From positions 258,436-322,435 of the forward strand of contig CAKVGK010000002.1 of assembly GCA_934747385.1 (NCBI GenBank): DNA of 64,000 nt, read 5' to 3'. This document shows positions 58,594 to 64,000 of the stretch, in pieces. Position 1 is the first letter of the stretch. Each line of letters opens with the position of its first letter. Origin of the DNA: an uncultured Clostridia bacterium. GTDB lineage: Bacteria; Bacillota; Clostridia; Christensenellales; UBA1242. The position numbers and the translations under genes were made by a program. The notes beneath the pieces were generated by a model. It saw nothing but the letters and a program-made list of their open reading frames with translations, had not been told where the DNA came from and did no database searches.

Positions 58594-59485
58594 AAAGTTA
58601 TTAAAAAACTGGTTACCTAGTAGTGTTGCAAATTTAAACACACCACATATAGCACAAAACAAAAGCAAAAAAGTTAAATCTAAAAAACAAATTTTCAGCG
58701 ATGAACACAAAAAATACTTACTTCGTCAGTGCATTACAAAAACAACAATTATCATAACGCAAATATTAATTTTGACCATTTTACTTGTTGCTTGGGAACT
58801 GCTTACAAAATTTGAAATTTTAAGTTCTTTCTTCTTTTCAAGCCCAAGCAAAATTGCAAAAACCATTGGAGAACTGCACCGCTCTGGCGAATTGTGGCAC
58901 CACTCTTCAATCACATTAAAAGAAACATTGATTGGATTTGCAATTGCAACTGGGGTTGGTTTTGTTGTTGCTTTCATTTTGTGGTATAGCGACTTTTTGC
59001 GCCGTGTGCTTGAACCTTATTTAGTTGTGTTGAATAGTTTGCCAAAAATTGCACTTGGACCAATCATAATCATATGGTTTGGCGCTGGCAGCAAAGCAAT
59101 TGTGTTTATGTGTATTTTGATTGTTATTATTGTGACAATTATGAACATTTTAAACTCATTCACCAGTTGCGACAAACAGTTGATAGCACTCACTCGCTCG
59201 CTTGGTGCAAACAAAATGCAAATATTTTTAAAACTGGTTTTGCCGTCTTCGCTCAAAGACATTGTTTCAACACTCAAAATTAATGTTGGTTTGAGTTGGA
59301 TTGGCGCAATTATGGGCGAATATTTGGTTAGCAAGGCGGGGCTTGGCTATTTGCTGATTTATGGCGGTCAAGTGTTTAATTTGAACCTTGTTATGACCTC
59401 AACTATTATTCTCTGCGTGCTGGCCTCTGTTATGTATTTTGCAGTTGCAATATTTGAAAAATTAATGAACAAAATGTATCAATAA
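58577..59485 (+). CDS. ABC transporter permease (NitT/TauT family)
   Basis: BPD-type permease with the EAA-like loop LTRSLGANKMQIFLKLVLP. Start at ATG 58577 overlaps the ATPase end. Confidence 0.85.
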   Translation: MKNKSEKLLKNWLPSSVANLNTPHIAQNKSKKVKSKKQIFSDEHKKYLLRQCITKTTIIITQILILTILLVAWELLTKFEILSSFFFSSPSKIAKTIGELHRSGELWHHSSITLKETLIGFAIATGVGFVVAFILWYSDFLRRVLEPYLVVLNSLPKIALGPIIIIWFGAGSKAIVFMCILIVIIVTIMNILNSFTSCDKQLIALTRSLGANKMQIFLKLVLPSSLKDIVSTLKINVGLSWIGAIMGEYLVSKAGLGYLLIYGGQVFNLNLVMTSTIILCVLASVMYFAVAIFEKLMNKMYQ

Positions 59486-59551
59486 TTCAAATTTAAACAT
59501 TCAAATCAAAAAAAACAATAAAAAAATTAAGTTTGTTGAAAATACAAAAAA

Positions 59552-59577
59552 AATTCACCGATGTGGTGAATTTTTTT
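59552..59577. terminator. Bidirectional intrinsic terminator between the ABC permease and the PHP gene
   Basis: AATTCACC GATGT GGTGAATT hairpin with A8 on the left and T7 on the right. Confidence 0.8.
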
Positions 59578-59579
59578 AT

Positions 59580-60428
59580 CTAATCGCTTTTTAACAACGC
59601 TTTTAAAATTGTAACATTTTTAACACTAAAATTATAATTTTCAGCAGAAGTTTCTCCTATTTTAACGGCTTTATTCTTACCATGATAATCACTCCCCGCA
59701 GACAGTAGTAAATCATATTTGTCTGCAAGTTTTTTTATCATTTCTATTTCTTGATAGTTGTATAGTGAATAAAAACATTCTAAAGCATTTAAACCGCAAG
59801 TTTTTAAAAAGGCAATCCTTTTTTCAACAATTTCTATTGGAACTCTTTTTTCACCTACTCCACCTAGTGGATGAGCAAGACAAGTTACTATTTTTTCTTC
59901 TGACAACACTTTAACTACTTTGCTTGTAGAAATTTTTAAATCTGGCAGTTTGTGATACAGGTATTTGCTAATTGCTTCTTGAATTGTGTTTGCATAACCT
60001 AATTTAATTAAAATATTTGCTATCAAAACTTTATTTGGATTACTACTTGAAGAAATTTGTTTTAAAAATTTATCTGGAAGAATAATGTTAAAATCCTCTT
60101 TTAAATGTTGTAACCTATAATCTATTCGTTTTAATCTTGATTCGTGTATCTCTTTAATCAATTCATTTAGTGCTTTATTGTTCAAATCATACCCGTAAGC
60201 TAGCAAATGTACATTACCATCCTCATCTTTAGTCGAAAACTCTATTCCATTAATAAAAGTGATCTTTTTGTTTTTGAATTTTTTTACAACATTACAGCAG
60301 CCCTCAATAGTATCATGGTCTGTTAACGCCATAATTTTAATATGTTTTTTTATGTTTTTTCTTATAATTTTAATTGGATCCTCTGATCCGTCCGAATAAA
60401 TACTGTGTTGATGTAAATCTATTTCCAT
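59580..60428 (-). CDS. PHP-domain metal-dependent phosphoesterase (TrpH/YciV-like)
   Basis: MEIDLHQHSIYSDGS...ALTDHDT N-terminal PHP motifs, a later LAHP motif and a C-terminal GSDYHG. The ~280-aa size matches stand-alone TrpH-type PHP proteins. Confidence 0.8.
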   Translation of the reverse strand: MEIDLHQHSIYSDGSEDPIKIIRKNIKKHIKIMALTDHDTIEGCCNVVKKFKNKKITFINGIEFSTKDEDGNVHLLAYGYDLNNKALNELIKEIHESRLKRIDYRLQHLKEDFNIILPDKFLKQISSSSNPNKVLIANILIKLGYANTIQEAISKYLYHKLPDLKISTSKVVKVLSEEKIVTCLAHPLGGVGEKRVPIEIVEKRIAFLKTCGLNALECFYSLYNYQEIEMIKKLADKYDLLLSAGSDYHGKNKAVKIGETSAENYNFSVKNVTILKALLKSD

Positions 60429-60455
60429 ATCTTTCCCTTACCATTGAAATTAAGT

Positions 60456-60953
60456 CTAATCTTGATCCAAAGATAAATCATTGTTTTCCATTCTGTTTAA
60501 TTCTTGTTCAAATTTAGAAAAAATCGAATTTGGAATATCCAATTTAACAATAGCATCACATTCTTTTATTTGCTTGTTTTTTAATTTTTGATTTAAAGAT
60601 TTTAAATCCTCCAAATTATATTTTTCAAAAACTATAAAAGCATCTTTGTTAGCCATCACAAATTGAAAGAACTGAAAACTTGGTAAATTTTTCCAGTTTG
60701 AAACAATGTTGGTTTTTAGATGAATTTGATTAACCTTGTCATTATAATTTTTGATTTTGGATAAAACATTTTCACTCAATGAAAAATCAAAATTTTCCGA
60801 CCCAATATTTTTAACAAAATTCAAATCGCTTTCAATTGTATGCAAAAAATATTCAATAAACACATTAAATTCATTAACTTTTGCTTTAGTTAAAATTTTT
60901 CTTGCATTAGAATACAATCTTTCATTCTTCATCATAATTCCTTCCTTACTCAT
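60456..60953 (-). CDS. Hypothetical 165-aa protein, translationally coupled to the upstream kinase-like gene
   Basis: Its ATG overlaps the stop of the 421-aa ORF (ATGAGTAA). Rich in N, K, E and F with an acidic C-terminus. No motif recognised. Confidence 0.55.
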   Translation of the reverse strand: MSKEGIMMKNERLYSNARKILTKAKVNEFNVFIEYFLHTIESDLNFVKNIGSENFDFSLSENVLSKIKNYNDKVNQIHLKTNIVSNWKNLPSFQFFQFVMANKDAFIVFEKYNLEDLKSLNQKLKNKQIKECDAIVKLDIPNSIFSKFEQELNRMENNDLSLDQD

Positions 60954-62211
60954 TATTTATAATCGACTCAACCCCAACATTTGTATGTTGTTCAATTATA
61001 TGGGCCATATTATTAATTGCTTCAATATATTTTTCATCATTCAAAATTTGAGTGCAATTTTTACTTACCATTTTTTCATCAAATTTCATTCCTGGCACAC
61101 GATATGTAACAGCAGGACTCATTATTTTTGTTGACAATTGATTTGTTAGTTTCATTAACATTTCTTTATCTTTTTTAGACAAACCCTGGCTTTTCAAATA
61201 GTTAATGTCAACATCATTCTTTTTAAGTTGTTGCATCAACAAATTTGTCACTTGTTTTTTTATCTCTTTATTTATGCTCTGTCCTTGTTGGAAATATTCT
61301 AACAACTCCTCATTTGAATGAGCATGCAAAGAAAGTGAAATCATTTCTTGCGGTGGCATTCTCATTCCAAGACTTTCGGCAGAAAGGTCAGAATTATAAC
61401 TTTTGCAAATATCTAGCTTTTCTGCACAATTGTTAATTAAATAAAGATAAGTCATTAATGGTTTGTTACCACATTCTTCTAACGCTTCATATTCAACCAA
61501 CCTAGGAATTTCATTCTTTGCTATTTTCTTTAAACACCTATTGGAATTACGGACTTGACAAACTTTTATATCTGCATGAACCAAACTTACATTAATTCTG
61601 CTTGCTGTTTTTGAGTATTTATCAATTAATTTTTCCATTTTTTCGGGATTATCGCCTATTTTTTCTTGAATAAAATTAATTTTATTTTCTAATAATGCTC
61701 CAATCATATAGTTTTTCATCACAACACCAGACATAGCATGCATTAATGGATGATTTATATTTACATTATAATGCTTTGCCAATTGCTCTTTTATCCAATC
61801 TTGATCTGCATGATAGGCACCTTCATTCTGTTTTATAGATTCAATAATTGTAGACTTGCCTGCTGCTGGTGGACCTAAAACAAATGAAACAGATCCATCT
61901 TTTCCTATTGCTGGATTATCTAATTGTTCTTGAACGACTCTTGAAACTAAATTTTTGGCGAATTCTTCAAATTCTTTATTTATATTTGGAGAAGTATTAT
62001 TTGAATGCGAAAGAATAGCTTTGGCCAAGTGGTCAAATTCTTGTTCTTTTTTAGAATCTACAGAAGACAATATTTCTTTTGTTCTATTTTCAGCTTTAAC
62101 TTTAGTTTCGTTATAGAATTGCTCAATTTCTTCTATTGTTTTTGAGTTTGAAGAACTAGCAGCAATCCAACAATCAGGTGGTTGCAAACCATTCAAATAA
62201 TTATTATCCAA
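60946..62211 (-). CDS. Zeta-toxin-like / AAA_33-type P-loop kinase domain protein with long N- and C-terminal extensions
   Basis: Walker A LGPPAAGKSTII, followed by YHADQDWIKEQ, resembles the zeta/PezT arrangement (P-loop then an Asp-containing strand). TTG start 5 nt after GAGGTG. No other domain recognised. Confidence 0.6.
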   Translation of the reverse strand: MDNNYLNGLQPPDCWIAASSSNSKTIEEIEQFYNETKVKAENRTKEILSSVDSKKEQEFDHLAKAILSHSNNTSPNINKEFEEFAKNLVSRVVQEQLDNPAIGKDGSVSFVLGPPAAGKSTIIESIKQNEGAYHADQDWIKEQLAKHYNVNINHPLMHAMSGVVMKNYMIGALLENKINFIQEKIGDNPEKMEKLIDKYSKTASRINVSLVHADIKVCQVRNSNRCLKKIAKNEIPRLVEYEALEECGNKPLMTYLYLINNCAEKLDICKSYNSDLSAESLGMRMPPQEMISLSLHAHSNEELLEYFQQGQSINKEIKKQVTNLLMQQLKKNDVDINYLKSQGLSKKDKEMLMKLTNQLSTKIMSPAVTYRVPGMKFDEKMVSKNCTQILNDEKYIEAINNMAHIIEQHTNVGVESIINNE

Positions 62212-62262
62212 TTTGTCACCTCAACAAGGCATATTTTATTCGTCTTATAACAATGTATATAA

Positions 62263-63420
62263 TTATTTTTTGAGTTTGCGGAGGAAAGGAGGCAAATCGT
62301 CGTCGGTCAAGAATGGTGTTTTGGCTTTAATTGAAATATCTTCCACTTCATCGGCTGGTTGAACGGGATGTTCTTCCTGTTGCTCTGGTTGTGGAGCTTC
62401 TTCTGGTTTTACTGGCTCAGTAAAAGCGCGAATGTTTGCGCTATTATCTTTAAATTCTGGAAGTTCTGACTGTTGATTTTTGTCGCCAAAGCCTGTGGCA
62501 ATAACTGTAATTTCTGTTTCGCCTGTAGTATCGTTATTAATTCTAGCACCGAAAATAATGTTACAATCTTTATCTGCAACGTCACGCACAAGGTCAACCG
62601 CTTCATAAACTTCGCTCAAAGTAAGGTCTCTGCCTCCAGTGATATTAATCAAAATACCTGTTGCTCCCTCAATGCTGGTTTCCAAAAGTTGGCTTGTAAC
62701 CGCTTGACGAACCGCCTCAATTGTTTTATTTGCGCCTCTGCCTTTGCCAATACCCATGTGAGCAATGCCTTTGTCACGCATAATGGTTGAAACGTCGGCA
62801 AAGTCCAAGTTGATTAAGCCTGGAACAGAAATAAGTTCGCTTACACCTTGAATTGCTTGACGCAAAACGTCATCTGCATAGCGGAAAGAATCAAGGAATG
62901 AAACGTCCTTTTTCAAAATTGTGTACAATTTTTCGTTTGGAATAACAACCAAACTATCTACATATTTACGAAGTTCCTCAATAGCCTTGTCTGCATTTCT
63001 TGCTCGGGTTGGGGCTTCAAACTTGAATGGTTTTGTTATAACACCAATGGTTAAAATGCCCATTTCCTTTGCAAGGCGAGCAATAACTGGAGCTGCGCCA
63101 CTGCCTGTGCCACCGCCAAGTCCTGCCGTGATGAACAACAAGTCCGTGTCTTGAAGCATGCGTTTAAGGTCTTCAACGCTCTCTTCTGCTGCCTCACGTC
63201 CGCGGTCTGGATTTGCGCCTGCACCAAGCCCTTTTGTTAATGTTTTGCCAATTTGAATTGTTTCATCTGCACGAGACATGTTCAAATCTTGTTGGTCAGT
63301 GTTAACTGCAACAAAGTAAGCGCCGGTGATGCCCGCGTTTACCATACGATTAACTGCATTGTTGCCGCCGCCGCCAACACCAACAACTTTAATTTTACAA
63401 ATGTTATTAGATAAATCCAT
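62263..63420 (-). CDS. ftsZ: Cell division protein FtsZ
   Basis: GVGGGGNNAVNRM and GLGGGTGSGAAPV tubulin signature. C-terminal DIPPFLRK-like peptide (DDLPPFLRKLKK). Confidence 0.97.
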   Translation of the reverse strand: MDLSNNICKIKVVGVGGGGNNAVNRMVNAGITGAYFVAVNTDQQDLNMSRADETIQIGKTLTKGLGAGANPDRGREAAEESVEDLKRMLQDTDLLFITAGLGGGTGSGAAPVIARLAKEMGILTIGVITKPFKFEAPTRARNADKAIEELRKYVDSLVVIPNEKLYTILKKDVSFLDSFRYADDVLRQAIQGVSELISVPGLINLDFADVSTIMRDKGIAHMGIGKGRGANKTIEAVRQAVTSQLLETSIEGATGILINITGGRDLTLSEVYEAVDLVRDVADKDCNIIFGARINNDTTGETEITVIATGFGDKNQQSELPEFKDNSANIRAFTEPVKPEEAPQPEQQEEHPVQPADEVEDISIKAKTPFLTDDDLPPFLRKLKK

Positions 63421-63434
63421 AGTTCCCCTACCTT

Positions 63435-64000
63435 TTAAATCAACATATCGTTCAAAGTTACTAAGCCTTGAATTGAAGTTTGCAATTTATCTTTTGAAGT
63501 GTCGAATTGATTTTTGTAAATATTCACTTCCATTCCCGTTTGCTGCTTTAAAATGGTTTTAACGCCTTTAAAGTTTGCAATGCCGTCGCCTGTTAAATAC
63601 AAGTCGTAATTTTTAAAAATTGGGTCAATAGCCAAAATTTCGCCAATGATTTTTGCCAAATTTTCAAGCCTACTTTTAACAATTTGATTTGTCATGCTAA
63701 TTGGTGCTTTTATGCAACTATCATGCACTTTTGTTTCGTAATATTCGTTTCGTTCAGGTTCTATTGTTAAAATGATTTTTCGCTTTATAAGTTCGGCATC
63801 TTTAAAACTCATGCCAAGCAATTGCATTATGTCGCTTGAAATGTGACCGCCGCCCATTGAAAACGAACTAAGAAGTGCCAAGCCTTCGCCTTTAAGCACA
63901 GCAACGCTTGTTGTTATGTGACCAACGTCAACGACTGCAATTGGTTGAGTTGTTTCGTTATCTTGACTGCACTTTATTGCCTGCCCCAAGGCTGAACAAA
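63435..64000 (-). CDS. ftsA: Cell division protein FtsA (C-terminal part; the 5' end lies beyond the window)
   Basis: Actin-fold motifs (VVDVGHITTSVAV, GGGHISSD, YLTGDG), immediately upstream of ftsZ. The frame remains open at 64000. Confidence 0.85.
   Translation of the reverse strand, partial: CSALGQAIKCSQDNETTQPIAVVDVGHITTSVAVLKGEGLALLSSFSMGGGHISSDIMQLLGMSFKDAELIKRKIILTIEPERNEYYETKVHDSCIKAPISMTNQIVKSRLENLAKIIGEILAIDPIFKNYDLYLTGDGIANFKGVKTILKQQTGMEVNIYKNQFDTSKDKLQTSIQGLVTLNDMLI

Noticed and set aside
60751-61134. 127-aa plus-strand ORF across the junction of the kinase-like and 165-aa genes.
   Set aside because: It is antisense to two coherent minus-strand genes in very AT-rich DNA. Its F/I/L/N-rich composition is typical of a chance ORF, and it has no RBS.

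Overview
Low-GC chromosome segment from a Firmicutes/Clostridia-type endospore former. It is densely packed with conserved housekeeping and sporulation genes, mostly on the minus strand. Recognisable blocks are: an ABC-2 exporter pair, rnhA, rny, thiI plus a cysteine desulfurase, and yunB. Then spoVAC-AD-AE, spoIIAA-spoIIAB-sigF, a six-tRNA operon, pseudouridine synthases and a cardiolipin-synthase-like gene. Then two tandem SpoU methyltransferases behind a tRNA-Thr, an S1-domain protein, plsC, dacB, ytfI-ytfJ, scpA-scpB and an M50-like gene. Then recJ, secD-secF, yajC-tgt-queA-ruvB-ruvA-ruvC, yebC and infC-rpmI-rplT. Then thrS with a T-box leader, ytxC-like, a NitT/TauT-type ABC importer, and ftsZ with a partial ftsA. 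No rRNA, CRISPR array, transposase or integrase was seen. Five things stand out. (1) An AT-rich three-gene cassette at 59580-62211 lies directly downstream of ftsZ: a zeta-toxin-like P-loop kinase, an unknown 165-aa protein and a TrpH-like PHP phosphoesterase. This is my best candidate for an undescribed toxin/defence-like module. (2) Two ~700-bp intergenic regions (about 35.9-36.5 kb and 53.6-54.2 kb) are mosaics of one family of hairpin repeat modules whose stems covary. (3) The thrS leader carries a ~72-nt tandem duplication of the translation-initiation region downstream of the T-box terminator. (4) Two apparent pseudoenzymes: an M50 protease homologue with all three metal ligands replaced, and a cardiolipin-synthase homologue with both HKD motifs changed. 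(5) A duplicated rplT 3' end with its terminator. All domain calls rest on motif recognition by eye; no searches were run.
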